Positions 1 to 11,567 are shown, numbered from the stretch's first letter. The stretch: DNA of 64,000 nucleotides from Candidatus Latescibacterota bacterium (GCA_965197905.1 CBDAOB010000003.1:672001-736000); one strand, 5' to 3'. Numbers and translations are program-made. The notes: generated from the letters alone by a model not told the origin.

Positions 1-2543
1 GAACTGCTGGGTCAGGCGATAGAAATGCTAGTACCCGATCGCTTCCGTTCAGGTCATATGCAGCTTCGGGACGGCTATTTCCACGATCCGTCCGTGCGGG
101 AAATGGGCGTCGGGCGGGAACTGGTGGGTCAGCGCAAGGATGGGTCGGAGTTTCCCGTCGAGATCAGCTTGAGTTATATCCGGACCGCGGGGCATGTTCA
201 GGCGGTCGCCGCGGTGCGCGACATCACGGCTCGAAAAGAAGCGGAAGCCCAGGAACGGTTGGTTCATCAGGCGTCGCAACTGGCGGCGGAGTCTGCATCG
301 TTTGAGGACTCCCTGCAGCTGTGCGTCGATCTGGTTTGCGAGACTACGGGATGGCCGGTGGCCCACGTCTATCTGCCGCCACCTGCCGAGGATGGTGCCA
401 ATCAGCAGCTGCAGCCAAGCGGAATCTGGCACTGCCAGGACCACGTTGCTCATGGCGAGTTCCAACAGGTCACGGAGCGCACTCAGTTTGCCCGCGGCGA
501 GGGATTGCCGGGTCGCATCTGGGAGTCGGGCGAGCCGGCCTGGATCGTCGATGTCCAGAAGGATCCGAACTTTCCACGTGCCGATTTGTGTGAATCCATC
601 GGCGTTCGCGGCGCGTTCGGCTTTCCGATCCGCGTCCGCGACGAGACGGTGGCGATCATGGAATTCTTCGCCGAAAAGGAGTTGGCGCCAGACGAAGACT
701 TTCTGCGCACGATGAAAACCGTCGGCGGGCAGATCGGTCGGGTGCTGGAACGACGTCGTGCCGCAGATGCTATCCGGGAAAGCAAGAACTTCCTCCTCAG
801 TGTCATCGACAACACCACAGCTGCCATCTATGCCAAGGACCTGACGGGGCGCTACCTGCTGGTAAACCGCACACTGGCCAATACGCTCGATACGACGCCG
901 GCCGACATGGTTGGCAAGGCACCAGACGATTTTTTCCCTCCAGAGATTGCGGCGCAGCATCTGGCGAACGACCGGAAGGTCGTCGCGGCCGGCGGTGCGA
1001 TCGCTGAAGAAGAACAAGCTCTCATAGGAAGCGAGGCCCGCACATTCCTGTCTGTGAAATTTCCCATTTTGGATGTGGCCGGCGAAGCGACGGCCGTTTG
1101 CGGTATGTCCACCGACATAACCGACCGCAAGCAGATGGAACGGGAGCTGGAAGTGGCCATGCAAACAGCAGAGGACGCCAATCAATCCAAGAGCCTCTTC
1201 CTGGCCAATATGTCCCACGAGATCCGCACCCCGATGAACGCCATTCTAGGTTTCGCCGAGATCCTGGCCGGCCTGGTGCGGGACGCTCAGCAGCGACAGT
1301 ACCTCAGTTCGATTCAGTCGAGCGGAAAATCGTTGTTGGGTCTGATCAACGACATCCTCGACCTGTCGAAGGTGGAGGCGGGCAAGCTGGATCTGGAGTA
1401 CAAGGCGTTTGACGTGGGTGGAGTGTGCAGCGAGATGGAGGCCATCTTCGCGCAAAAAATCGCCGAGAAAGCGATCGACTTCGTCGTAGAGATAGACCCG
1501 TCGCTGCCACGAGCGCTGATACTGGATGAGACACGGCTGCGGCAGATTCTGCTCAACATCATCGGCAACGCCATCAAATTCACGGATGCAGGACATGTTA
1601 AGTTGTCGGTGCTGCAGACCAATCCTCAGGAAGAAGGCAGCAAAGTCGACGTGGTCTTTGGCATAGAGGACACGGGGGTGGGAATTCCCGAAGATCAGCA
1701 GGACAAGGTGTTCGGCGCCTTCGAACAGACCAGTGGCCAGAGTTACACCAAGTTTGGTGGTACGGGACTGGGCCTGGCGATCACCAAACGCCTGATCGAG
1801 ATGATGAATGGCGAGGTGAAGCTGCGCAGCGAGGTTGGGGTTGGCAGCACCTTCGAGGTCGTGCTACAAGTCGGCAGCTGGTCTATGCCTATCTGCAGGA
1901 GTACGACTTTGAATTGTTTGAGGCCACCAACGGTGAGGAAGCGGTGGATCAAGCCCAGAGGTATCATCCCGATCTGATCCTCATGGACATGCGCATGCCG
2001 GTGATGAGCGGATACGACGCCACGATGGCCATCAAGAATGGTGAGAACACGTCTGATATCGTTGTGATCGCCTTGACCGCTTCGGTGATGAAACACGACG
2101 AAGGCAACGTAAGGGCGATCTGTGATGGCTACCTCCACAAGCCGGTAACCAAAGGTCAGCTGGTTATGGAGCTGACCCGATTCCTCGAGCACAGCCGCAC
2201 CGAACCCGCAGAGAAAGCGCCGTCGGCAGAACCACGATCCGGAGACGGAGAGTGGTCACACAACGAAATGGACGATGCCGCGCGTTCCCGACTGCCCGAA
2301 CTAGTGAGATTACTCGAACAACAGCGCCCGGTTTGGGAGGAAATCAGCTCCACACTGACCATCAACGATGTCGAGGAGTTCGCCTTGCGAATGCAGGAGG
2401 TCGGAATAGACTTTGCATATCCTCCTCTGGAACAGTGGGGCCGCAGGTTGGCGGATCAGGCGAGTATGTTCGACCTGGCGGCTCTGCCGGCAACGCTGGA
2501 AGAATTTTCCACGCTCATCGATCAGATTGGTGAGACAGTGTGA
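1..2543 (+). pseudogene. Hybrid sensor histidine kinase (PAS-GAF-PAS-HisKA-HATPase-REC), 5' end outside the window, with an internal deletion and frameshift near 1870
   Basis: ORF 25-1977 has H-box LANMSHEIRTPMN, N-box LLNIIGNAIKF and G2 GGTGLGL. The REC domain continues in another frame (RQLVYAYLQEYDFELFEATNGEEA...LILMDMRMP). About 40 codons present in the paralog at 3066-5789 (linker and acidic ADD pocket) are missing. Confidence 0.85.
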
Positions 2544-3065
2544 CAGCAGCTGTATTGCTGCCAAATATTGATAGTCCAGTTTCTTCCCGGCAACCTTCGA
2601 CCGGTTCAACACGAGCTGACTGTGGTCGAGGAGCGTGCGCTTGGTTTACCCCATCACCCATTGGTTTGCTGATTTTCTCCGATATTTCTCTAACGCGTAG
2701 CATTCAGTGGCGTGGTAACGTATAGTGTGGTCAGTAGCTTAGAGGACAGAAGGCATATTATAGCAAATGCGTGCCAGACTGCCAATAGAAGCGGTCATCG
2801 CTGCAGGTAATGGCAGGGCAGAGCGGGGGCAAGAAGCGGGCACGCGACTTTGTGCGAGAAGCAATGGCTTGGTTCCGTTCATCGTCGTCATGTCGCATTT
2901 CGTTGGTTGTTGTGTCGTTGTTTCATTTCCGTAAGTTGTTGATTTCACAGAATGTGACTCTGAATATCCCGGCGCTTCCATGCCTTTGGCTCAGGACCAA
3001 GATTTCCCAACTTGTTCGGTCAGCTACACGGAAACAGTCCCTGATCCAGGAAGAGTGATAACAAG

Positions 3066-5789
3066 ATGACGGCGGAAAACAGGCAGAGTCGTTTCCTCCG
3101 CATGGTGGTCGGCCAACCACTGTTGCTCCTCAGCTTCATCTTCATTGTCGGTTTCGCGGCTGTGCTCTGGCAGGCGACTCACCTGGCTACCTCCCTGGTG
3201 GAGTCGAGCGCTTTGAGCAGCGCCTCTCGCTATTCGAAGGTGTTGGCGGAGTTGCGCTCGCTTTACACCTCCGAAGTCGTCGACCGAGTGCAGGGTCATG
3301 CGGTGGAAATCACCCACGACTATCACGACAAGGAGGGGGCCATTCCCCTTCCCGCCACCTTGAGCATGCTGCTAGGTGAAAAGATCGGCCTGCGCGGCGA
3401 GGGCATGGAGGTACACCTATACAGCCCCCACCCTTTCCCTTGGCGTCGAGACACCGGTGGTTTGGCCGACGATTTTCGCGAGAAGGCTTGGCGACACCTG
3501 AGAGCGGAACCAGGTTTACCGTTCTACCGCTTCGAGCAGTACCGCAACCGATCATCGTTGCGCTACGCCACCGCCGATCTGATGCGCGACCAGTGTGTCA
3601 ACTGCCACAATACACACCCGGATACCCCGAAGAGCAATTGGCGAGCAGGCGACGTACGCGGAGTACTGGAGGTCATCATCCCGCTCGATGCCGTTCGGGA
3701 GGATTCCCGGTCGGGATTGTGGGCTACCATAGCCCTGCTCGTCGGTATGGGGTTGGTCAGCTTAGCGTGTCTTGCCGTAGCGATCGGCCAGATGAAACGG
3801 GGTGCCCAGCGTTTGGAAGAAGAGGTGACAAGTAGAACGGCCGATCTTCGTCAGCAGATCGCCGAGCGGGAAGAGGCGGAGAGCGGCATGCGCCAGAGCG
3901 AGGCGCACAAATCAGCTGTACTCGATTCGGCCCTGGATTGCGTAATCAGCATGGATCAACATGGCCGGATCACGGAGTTCAATCCGGCGGCAGAACGCAC
4001 CTTCGGTTATCGGCGCGAGCAAGTCATTGGGGAGTTGCTGTCCGATAAGATCGTCCCGCCAGGCTTCCGCGCAAAACATATGCAGGGGCTTGCTCACTAC
4101 CTTGAAACTGGAGAAGGGCCGGTACTGGATCAGCGTATCGAGATCTCGGGGATGCACGCAGACGGTACGGAATTTCCTGTCGAGCTGGCGATAACGCCTA
4201 TCGACGTAGGCGGTCCGCCGTCGTTCACGGCACACATTCGCGACATCACAGAGCGGATACAGGCGGAGGACGGATTGCGACACGCGGTGGAGCAGTCCGA
4301 GGCGGCTAACAAGGCCAAGAGCAGGTTCTTGGCGAACATGTCACACGAGATCCGCACACCGCTGAATGCGATCATGGGATTCACCGAGATTCTAGCGACT
4401 CGGATCGAGGATGCGACCCTGAAGAAGTATCTGGCATCGATTCGAGCCAGCGGTAAATCGTTGATCACACTCATCGACGACGTCCTGGACCTTTCTAGAG
4501 TTGGCGCCGGGAAGCTTGAGATGCATCCCCGGCCGACCGATGTGTGCGCGCTGCTTCATGAGATCGAGCTGGTCTATGCGCCCAAGGCGTCAGGAAAGGG
4601 ATTGCGACTTGAACTGGAAATCGATCCCGGGATGCCCGATGCGCTGGTAATCGACGATGGCCGCACGCGTCAAATTCTGGCCAACCTGATTGACAACGCG
4701 ATCAAATTCACCCATCAAGGCCAGGTGCGGGTGCGGGCAGCGGGCTCGCGCAAGGGCGAGGACGAGGATCGCGTAGACCTGGTCCTGTCGGTGGCGGACA
4801 CCGGCATAGGAATACCTGACGATGAACGCGAGAGCATCTTTGGTGCTTTTGATCAGCGCGAGGATCAGAGCATCAATGAGTACGGTGGGGTGGGCCGCGG
4901 CCTGGCGCTCATCAAGGCTTTCCTCGCCCAATCGGATGGCGAGATCAACCTCGAGAGTCAGGTCGGTGTAGGCAGCACCTTCACCGTCACCCTTCGGGAT
5001 GTGGAGGCGGCCACCGAGGAACAGATTGCCCAGGCGGAGGCGGAACAGACCGACCCCGATTCGGTGCAGTTCGATTCTGGAACAGTGCTGCTGGCAGATG
5101 ACGTCAAGAGCAATCGCGAGCTGGTGAAGGGGTTCCTCGACGGACAGCCTTTTCGCTTCGTGGAAGCCGAGAACGGCGAGGAGGCGATCGCCCAGACCCG
5201 CCAGGAGTCACCGTCGCTGATACTGATGGACATCAAAATGCCCGTATTGGACGGATTCTCGGCTGCACAGCGTTTGAAATCGGATCCCCAACTGCGGCAT
5301 GTGCCGGTGATCGCGCTGACTGGCTCAGTTCTTCGCGAGAGCGAGGACGAAATCTTGCAGGTGTGCGATGCGTTTCTGCGCAAACCGGTGCCGCGGGGCG
5401 ATCTCATCCGGGAGATGAGTCGGCTGCTGCCCCATCGGGTCGAGAGCTCTTCTGAAGAATCGGTGACGACCGAGCCCGCCTCCGCGTCTGAGGGCTGGAC
5501 GCCGGAGACGATGCCACCGGAACGACGGGCTCGCATGCCCGAGCTCGCGCTTGCACTTGAGGGGTTGTCTCAAACCTGGGAGGAGCTGTCAGCCACCCTT
5601 ACCATAAACGATATTGACGAGTTCGCTCAACGCGTAGGTAATTTGGGCGAGGAATACGGGCACGAGGACCTCGTTCGCTGGAGCAGTCAGCTTTCGAGGC
5701 AGGCGGTCGGATTCGATGTGGACAGAATGACCGCAACATTGAGCGAGTTTCCCGACCGACTCCGACAGATTGAAGCGATCGGTACCTAG
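3066..5789 (+). CDS. Membrane hybrid histidine kinase with periplasmic DUF3365/Tll0287-like c-type haem sensor domain, PAS, HisKA, HATPase and REC
   Basis: Two TM segments flank a domain with PLPAT and CVNCH. Also H-box LANMSHEIRTPLN and REC ADD...LILMDIKMP. Confidence 0.88.
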   Translation: MTAENRQSRFLRMVVGQPLLLLSFIFIVGFAAVLWQATHLATSLVESSALSSASRYSKVLAELRSLYTSEVVDRVQGHAVEITHDYHDKEGAIPLPATLSMLLGEKIGLRGEGMEVHLYSPHPFPWRRDTGGLADDFREKAWRHLRAEPGLPFYRFEQYRNRSSLRYATADLMRDQCVNCHNTHPDTPKSNWRAGDVRGVLEVIIPLDAVREDSRSGLWATIALLVGMGLVSLACLAVAIGQMKRGAQRLEEEVTSRTADLRQQIAEREEAESGMRQSEAHKSAVLDSALDCVISMDQHGRITEFNPAAERTFGYRREQVIGELLSDKIVPPGFRAKHMQGLAHYLETGEGPVLDQRIEISGMHADGTEFPVELAITPIDVGGPPSFTAHIRDITERIQAEDGLRHAVEQSEAANKAKSRFLANMSHEIRTPLNAIMGFTEILATRIEDATLKKYLASIRASGKSLITLIDDVLDLSRVGAGKLEMHPRPTDVCALLHEIELVYAPKASGKGLRLELEIDPGMPDALVIDDGRTRQILANLIDNAIKFTHQGQVRVRAAGSRKGEDEDRVDLVLSVADTGIGIPDDERESIFGAFDQREDQSINEYGGVGRGLALIKAFLAQSDGEINLESQVGVGSTFTVTLRDVEAATEEQIAQAEAEQTDPDSVQFDSGTVLLADDVKSNRELVKGFLDGQPFRFVEAENGEEAIAQTRQESPSLILMDIKMPVLDGFSAAQRLKSDPQLRHVPVIALTGSVLRESEDEILQVCDAFLRKPVPRGDLIREMSRLLPHRVESSSEESVTTEPASASEGWTPETMPPERRARMPELALALEGLSQTWEELSATLTINDIDEFAQRVGNLGEEYGHEDLVRWSSQLSRQAVGFDVDRMTATLSEFPDRLRQIEAIGT

Positions 5790-5814
5790 CTGGGAATTTA
5801 GAAAGGCGACAGAC

Positions 5815-6825
5815 ATGGGAGAAAACGTCGAAGCACGAAAAGGCGAGCGCATACTGATTGTCGACGATACCCTGCAGAACATCCAGGTGCTGGGGACAGT
5901 CCTGCGCGAGCAGAACTATCAGATCAATGTCGCCCAGAACGGTATCCAGGCGTTGGAGATGGTGGAGAAGGTGGAGCCCGACCTGATCCTGTTGGATGTG
6001 ATGATGCCGGAAATGGACGGCTTCGAGGCGTGTCAACGGCTAAAGGCGGATGAGAAGACGAGGGAAATACCGATCATTTTCCTGACGGCAAAGGTGGAGA
6101 CCGAAGACGTCGTCCACGGCTTCGAGATCGGCGCCATCGACTACGTCACCAAACCGTTCAATGCCATCGAGCTGTTGGCCCGGGTCAAGACCCATCTGGA
6201 GTTGCGACGATTGCGGCAGGAGCTGCTGGAATACAACGAGCAGCTGGAAGCAAAAGTGGCTGAAAGGACGGTAGAAGTACAGCGGGCGCACAAGCAACTA
6301 GAACTTCAAGTAAGGGAATTGGACGGTCGCGACAGATTGGCCCATGCTCAAATGGAGGTGAGCAGCGCCGGCAACGGATTCGAGGCGATTCTCTCGGTTC
6401 TGCGGACCGTGCTGAATGTGGACAAAGCGAAGATCTATCTGCTCGACGAAACCGGCGACGAGCTGATTCCGAAAGCAGCACTGGGATTGGACGAGCCTGG
6501 CCAGCTGCAGGATGAAGAGGATCTCGTCGACCTGGTGCCTGTCGCCACCGGTGACCAGGATCTGGTAGCTCTTTCCCTGGCTGACGGCAAGCCCATGAGT
6601 GGAAACGACAGCGACGGTGCCGTTCCGATGATCTATGGAGATACGGCTCTTGGAGGAATCTGGGTGCAGGGCATGCGCAGTGACGGTGTTGATGAGCAGG
6701 GATTGATGGAGGTGCTGTGGCGTCTCGCCAGTGAAGCGGCTCTGGTTTGCCACGCCATAAAGCAGAGCAATGCCCTCGAAAGCGGCGACATCGACGTCTC
6801 TGCGCTGCTGGATGTGGAGGAGTGA
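5815..6825 (+). CDS. Response regulator: REC, coiled coil and GAF-like domain, no obvious enzymatic or DNA-binding output
   Basis: ILIVDD...LILLDVMMP...KPF. ATG at 5815 follows an RBS-like GAAAGG. Confidence 0.85.
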   Translation: MGENVEARKGERILIVDDTLQNIQVLGTVLREQNYQINVAQNGIQALEMVEKVEPDLILLDVMMPEMDGFEACQRLKADEKTREIPIIFLTAKVETEDVVHGFEIGAIDYVTKPFNAIELLARVKTHLELRRLRQELLEYNEQLEAKVAERTVEVQRAHKQLELQVRELDGRDRLAHAQMEVSSAGNGFEAILSVLRTVLNVDKAKIYLLDETGDELIPKAALGLDEPGQLQDEEDLVDLVPVATGDQDLVALSLADGKPMSGNDSDGAVPMIYGDTALGGIWVQGMRSDGVDEQGLMEVLWRLASEAALVCHAIKQSNALESGDIDVSALLDVEE

Positions 6826-6832
6826 GGGGATT

Positions 6833-8953
6833 GTGGCCGAAAAAGTGACGGTAACAGGTGGCCTTCACCTTCCGGGTCGGGCGGTCGATCCACGCAAGGA
6901 TGTTGCTCTGGCCCGCATCTTTGAAGGTCTACGGCGACCGGCGCAGAAAGCCGTATTCCGGCGCCCGGGCGAGGAAGCCGGCGAGGATGCCGGTCAGCCG
7001 TTCTACGAACTGAGCCTCGGCGACATTCGAATCGCGATCCGCGCCGACGCCCTGAAAGCCTACGTCTCGAGCCCGATAACGATGGAAGATCTGCCGGGCC
7101 TCAACGATTCGATCGCCAACCTCAATTTCAAAAATCCCGAAAGTCCGACAGCCGCCAGAAAGGAGTGGACTCTGATCTGCACCGGCAAGGAACCGGTGGC
7201 AGCCGAAGGTGTCGTCTATTTCAGATCCGAGGGGGCCAGCGAAACCATATCAGCCTGCGACCTGGTGGGGCTTTCCAGCGAAGTTGACAACCTGCTCGCT
7301 GCGGAGGAGGTGGATGAGGCGCTCGCATTGCAGTTTCGGTGCCCCAGCACCGTACCCGGCAGCACCATAGCTCGCTTGCAAACGCACGAGAAGGAAGAGG
7401 AAGGGCGCGACGTGTTCGGGCATCTGTTGATGACGGAAAGTGCGCCGACACAACCCGAAGCTGGCACCAACGTGGAGGTCGAAGGCGACCGTTTTGTCGC
7501 CACTCGCTACGGATATGTCGTGCTCGAGGAAAATCGCCTGTCCGTGTTCTCACCGGTCATGCTGGACCAGCAACGGTTGTCGGCCAATTGGTGTGTCATC
7601 GATCCGCGCCCGCAACAGGTAGAGGCCGACATGCTGAAATCGTGGCTGGCGGAGCTCAATGTCGTGGATGGGATCCAGCAGGAGGCGATCGATTGGATGG
7701 CGCACGAGATCTTCTCAGGACGCCAGCACCTGGGTTTGCACAAGATCGCCGTTGGCAAACCTCCACGTCACGGTCATGACTCCGAGCTGGAGCTGCTGAT
7801 CGAACAGGATGAGCGCTACGGCAAGGTGCAGGATGATGGCAGTCGCGATTTTAGTGAGGTGGATTTTGGCAAGACCGTCACCAAAGGCCAGGAGATAGCC
7901 CGGCTCAGCCCCCCCACGAAAGGGACTGCTGGGCGGTCCATTAGGGGTGAGGAGATCCCCTGCCATCACGGTGTCAAGCGATCAGTCAAATCGGGAAAGG
8001 GAACCTGTATAGAGGAAGACGCCGATGGCGTCATCCATTACTTCTCCGAGACGGACGGCGTTCTTTCCCACTCCCCTACAGAGCTTTCCGTGATGGACTC
8101 CCTCGTGATCGAAGGAGATGTAGGATATGAGACGGGCAACCTGGAATTCAAGGGGGAAATCGTCGTTAAGGGTTCGGTGCAGAAGGGATACAACGTCAAG
8201 GCGAGTGGTGATGTAATCGTGTTTGGTCATGTGGATGGGGCCACCATCGCAGCGGGAGGAAACGCAGTCATTGGTGAAGGCATCTACGGCAGAAAAACGA
8301 TGGTGGTCACGCGTGGCGACGTGCGAGCGCAATTTGTTAACGAGTCAAAGCTTCGCTCTGGGGGGGACATTGTCCTAACAGCCCACAGTCTGGACGCCAC
8401 TTTGCGGGCAGATGGTTCTATTTGGGTCGGCATTCCATTTGGTGAGGTGGAGGGCAATGTGGTGGGTGGCCGCGCTTGGAGCCGCGGCGGCATCGAGGTC
8501 GTGGTCGCGGGCGGTCGGAACGCTTCTACCGAACTCACCTGCGGTCTCGATCCCGAACAGCTGCGCAACGTTGACCGCCTTAACCGCAAAATCGAGGAAG
8601 GGAATAAGCTGATCGCGCGCCAGCTGAACCGTTTTCAATTGACCACCTTGGATGTTGCTGCAATCCAGAAGCGGCTCGCGGCGTCAACCGGCTCGCGAAA
8701 GAAGGTGCTTGCGAAAGCAGCGAAACAGCTCGGCGAAATCGTTCAGGTGCACCAGAAGTTTCTGAAGGAGAGACGGCAATTAGAGCGAGGCGGTTCCATC
8801 GGCACGGGGGAAGCGGAGATCAAGGCGACTGAAGCGGTGCACTCGGGAGTGATCGTAAGGATCGGCGATCAGACCCGGCGCATCAGAGACAATCTGGAAT
8901 CGACCATGTTCACCCTCGGTGACCGCGGAGTTGTAGCGAAGGCGATCTACTAG
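6833..8953 (+). CDS. fapA: FapA / DUF342 family protein
   Basis: VTKGQEIARLSPPTKGTAGRSIRGE and IEGDVGYETGNLEFKGEIVVKGSV beta-helix motifs plus a C-terminal coiled coil. GTG start 7 bp after the regulator stop. Confidence 0.75.
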   Translation: MAEKVTVTGGLHLPGRAVDPRKDVALARIFEGLRRPAQKAVFRRPGEEAGEDAGQPFYELSLGDIRIAIRADALKAYVSSPITMEDLPGLNDSIANLNFKNPESPTAARKEWTLICTGKEPVAAEGVVYFRSEGASETISACDLVGLSSEVDNLLAAEEVDEALALQFRCPSTVPGSTIARLQTHEKEEEGRDVFGHLLMTESAPTQPEAGTNVEVEGDRFVATRYGYVVLEENRLSVFSPVMLDQQRLSANWCVIDPRPQQVEADMLKSWLAELNVVDGIQQEAIDWMAHEIFSGRQHLGLHKIAVGKPPRHGHDSELELLIEQDERYGKVQDDGSRDFSEVDFGKTVTKGQEIARLSPPTKGTAGRSIRGEEIPCHHGVKRSVKSGKGTCIEEDADGVIHYFSETDGVLSHSPTELSVMDSLVIEGDVGYETGNLEFKGEIVVKGSVQKGYNVKASGDVIVFGHVDGATIAAGGNAVIGEGIYGRKTMVVTRGDVRAQFVNESKLRSGGDIVLTAHSLDATLRADGSIWVGIPFGEVEGNVVGGRAWSRGGIEVVVAGGRNASTELTCGLDPEQLRNVDRLNRKIEEGNKLIARQLNRFQLTTLDVAAIQKRLAASTGSRKKVLAKAAKQLGEIVQVHQKFLKERRQLERGGSIGTGEAEIKATEAVHSGVIVRIGDQTRRIRDNLESTMFTLGDRGVVAKAIY

Positions 8954-8984
8954 CGCTGACTTGCGGGTCCGACCTCGCTTATAC

Positions 8985-10436
8985 TTACTGAAACTTCTGA
9001 AACGCAGGCTCTTCCCCGGGAACCGGAGAATTGTCGAACGTCCCGTGTCGCATGACGGCCTCCCGCCCCCCAAACGCTTCGACCTTTTCCCGTTGACTCT
9101 TGCGTGCGCGTACGTCGATCTCTTCCGGATCGAGCAACGTTCGCAGTTGCTGTTCGAACTGAGAGATGAGCTTTTCATGCCCCGGTGAGGAGGCCAGATC
9201 CTCGCGCTCTTCCGGATCCGCAGATAGGTCGAAAAGTTGGGCCGGCGAGCCCACGTGATACAGGTACTTGTACCGCACCCCGCGCAGCATGTAGGTGGCG
9301 TTTCGCGAGCCGACGGCATGATACTCACTCAGGACCGTGCGGTCGCTATCGGCCTCGCTGGCTATTTCCCAGAGGGACCTGCCAGGTAGATCGTCGTCTG
9401 CCGCCTCGGATTCAACACCCAGCCCCTGCAACACCGTAGGGAAACAGTCGACCAGCGACACGGGTGTGGTCACGACGCGATCCTTTGGCACTTCCTGACC
9501 CGCCATCAACAGCGGTACGGCTGCCGACTCGTCGTACATCGTGTGTTTGCCGAAGAGCCCTCGCGCGCCCGCGCTCTCGCCGTGATCCGACGTGTAGATG
9601 ATGCGGGTCGAATCGCGTCCTCCGGTTTGGTCCAGTGCATCCAGGACACGGCCGATCTGACGATCCAGATAGGTGCAGGTGCCCCAGTAGGCAGCGATCA
9701 TGTTGCGGATGATCGCCTCGTCGAACTGCTCCTGATGATTCAGACTGCGACGGCATTCTTCCCATGCTGGGTGACGCGGCCAATCCGCTTCACGCCATTG
9801 ACTCGGAAGCACCACATCCTCAACGGGGTAGCGGGCGAAATCTTCCGGCGGCGCGATGTAGGGCGGATGCGGACAGACGAAGGATATAAACAGCATCCAC
9901 GGTTTATTGTCCCCGGCATGCTCGTCGATCCACTGACAGGCATGGTCCGCATTGCTGGCGTCGTAGTGCAGATAGGTGGAGTCGCCGGGGCCGGCGGTCT
10001 CGATACCGGGGCGCTTGTCCCGCACCGGTGCCTCTTCCCGCAGACAACTGAGCACATCCCCTTCGCCGTCCACTACATGTAACGGATCGATCTCCCGGCT
10101 GAAACCGTTGTCGTCGTCGGCGCTGCGAAAGTGCAGCTTGCCGATGGAGTCGACCTGATGGCCGGCCGCTCGGAGGCGGTGCCCCCAGCTGGGCACTTCA
10201 CCGTGGTAGGGAAAGGCGTTGTCCCAGTTCCCCAACCGGTGCACGTAGCGCCCGGTGGCGAGGGAGGCGCGCGCCGGAACGCAGATCGGACAGTTGGTGT
10301 AGGCGCTGGTAAACCGCGTTCCTTGTGAGGCCAGGCGGTCCAGGTTGGGTGTTTGCACCATGGGATGGCCATAACACGCGGCGACATCGCGACTGTGCTG
10401 GTCGGACAGGATAAAGAGCAGGTTTGCCGGCTTCAT
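8985..10436 (-). CDS. Formylglycine-dependent sulfatase (choline-sulfatase-like)
   Basis: NLLFILSDQH, CVPARAS (CxPxR), GKLH and YTSDHGE motifs. Confidence 0.9.
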   Translation of the reverse strand: MKPANLLFILSDQHSRDVAACYGHPMVQTPNLDRLASQGTRFTSAYTNCPICVPARASLATGRYVHRLGNWDNAFPYHGEVPSWGHRLRAAGHQVDSIGKLHFRSADDDNGFSREIDPLHVVDGEGDVLSCLREEAPVRDKRPGIETAGPGDSTYLHYDASNADHACQWIDEHAGDNKPWMLFISFVCPHPPYIAPPEDFARYPVEDVVLPSQWREADWPRHPAWEECRRSLNHQEQFDEAIIRNMIAAYWGTCTYLDRQIGRVLDALDQTGGRDSTRIIYTSDHGESAGARGLFGKHTMYDESAAVPLLMAGQEVPKDRVVTTPVSLVDCFPTVLQGLGVESEAADDDLPGRSLWEIASEADSDRTVLSEYHAVGSRNATYMLRGVRYKYLYHVGSPAQLFDLSADPEEREDLASSPGHEKLISQFEQQLRTLLDPEEIDVRARKSQREKVEAFGGREAVMRHGTFDNSPVPGEEPAFQKFQ

Positions 10437-10685
10437 GGAGATCTTGTCAAATTGTCGAAACGCGAATCCAAGTTACCCACTCGGAATAGGGGAACCGCTA
10501 TTATAGGTGATATTTGCTACGGCGGAAATTCGGTGTCGCCTTGACTGCGCGCCTGGGTTGAAAGTTCCTCGCCGACACCGCGTTGGTCCTCGACGAGAGA
10601 ATTTTTTGATCCCCACAAGCGGCCTGTCTATATTGATTCGCGCGCGGACCATTGCCGCCGCGACAAGAAAAGGGAGCTAATATCG

Positions 10686-11567
10686 ATGTTGGAAATGAGC
10701 GATCGGGAAAAGTTTTTGTTCGATATGCGCGGTTATCTGCTCGTCCCCGACTTTCTCTCCCAGGAGGACGTCGCGAAGATGAACGATGCCGTGGACGTCC
10801 ACGAAGATCAGGGCACGGAAGATTCCAAGATGTACGGGGGCGGCATGCTGGGCACCGAGAACCGCCGCGGGTTGGGAGGATTGGTGACCTGGAAGCAGCC
10901 TTACTGCCAGCCCTTCCGCGACCTGATCGCCCATCCCAAGCTGATTCCTTACCTCAACACGATCCTTGGCCGTGGCTGGCGCCTGGAGGGACCTCCTTCG
11001 GCCATCACGTCACCGAAAGGGGCAGGCGGGCACGGCCTTCACGGAACCACTAACCGCCAGTTCCGCGGCGCCGAGTGTTACATACACACCAACGGTCAGA
11101 TTCGTGCCGGCTTGACTATTCTGCAGGTTCAGCTTCACGACATTCACGAAGGCGACGGCGGCATCGCGGTGATTCCGGGCAGCCACAAAGCCAACTTCAA
11201 GTGTCCCGAAGAGATCATGCTCTACGAAAAGGACCAGGAGGTGGTTTACAACGTGGAAAGCAAGGCCGGCGATCTGGTCATCTTCATGGAGGCTACCCTT
11301 CACGGGGCCCTGCCGTGGAACGCAGAGTACGATCGCCGCTCGGTCCTGTGGTCCTACGCGCCGAAGTACATGACCTACCACGACGAGCTCTACGAAGCCA
11401 AGCTGCCGGACTGGGTCGACGAGCTGACCGAGGCCCAGCGGGCCGCCATGGAGCCGGCTTACATGTACAGCCGTCCGCTAATCGCCGACGACGGCGTGTC
11501 CATCGACCAGCCCAATACCGAGCCGGTGCCTTACATCCCGCGCTCGGTTGAAGAGCGGGGACATTGA
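10686..11567 (+). CDS. Phytanoyl-CoA dioxygenase (PhyH) family Fe(II)/2OG enzyme
   Basis: FLFDMRGYL start, DGGIAVIPGSHK, AGDLVIF..ATLHG and RRS motifs. Confidence 0.85.
   Translation: MLEMSDREKFLFDMRGYLLVPDFLSQEDVAKMNDAVDVHEDQGTEDSKMYGGGMLGTENRRGLGGLVTWKQPYCQPFRDLIAHPKLIPYLNTILGRGWRLEGPPSAITSPKGAGGHGLHGTTNRQFRGAECYIHTNGQIRAGLTILQVQLHDIHEGDGGIAVIPGSHKANFKCPEEIMLYEKDQEVVYNVESKAGDLVIFMEATLHGALPWNAEYDRRSVLWSYAPKYMTYHDELYEAKLPDWVDELTEAQRAAMEPAYMYSRPLIADDGVSIDQPNTEPVPYIPRSVEERGH

Noticed and set aside
2762..2776. Sigma54 promoter TGGCACGCATTTGC on the minus strand
   Set aside because: GG-GC spacing is one base short of the strict -24/-12 requirement, and it points away from the next gene.
2932..2944. 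IHF consensus match (AATCAACAACTTA on the minus strand)
   Set aside because: A short degenerate motif with no supporting context; not enough to call.
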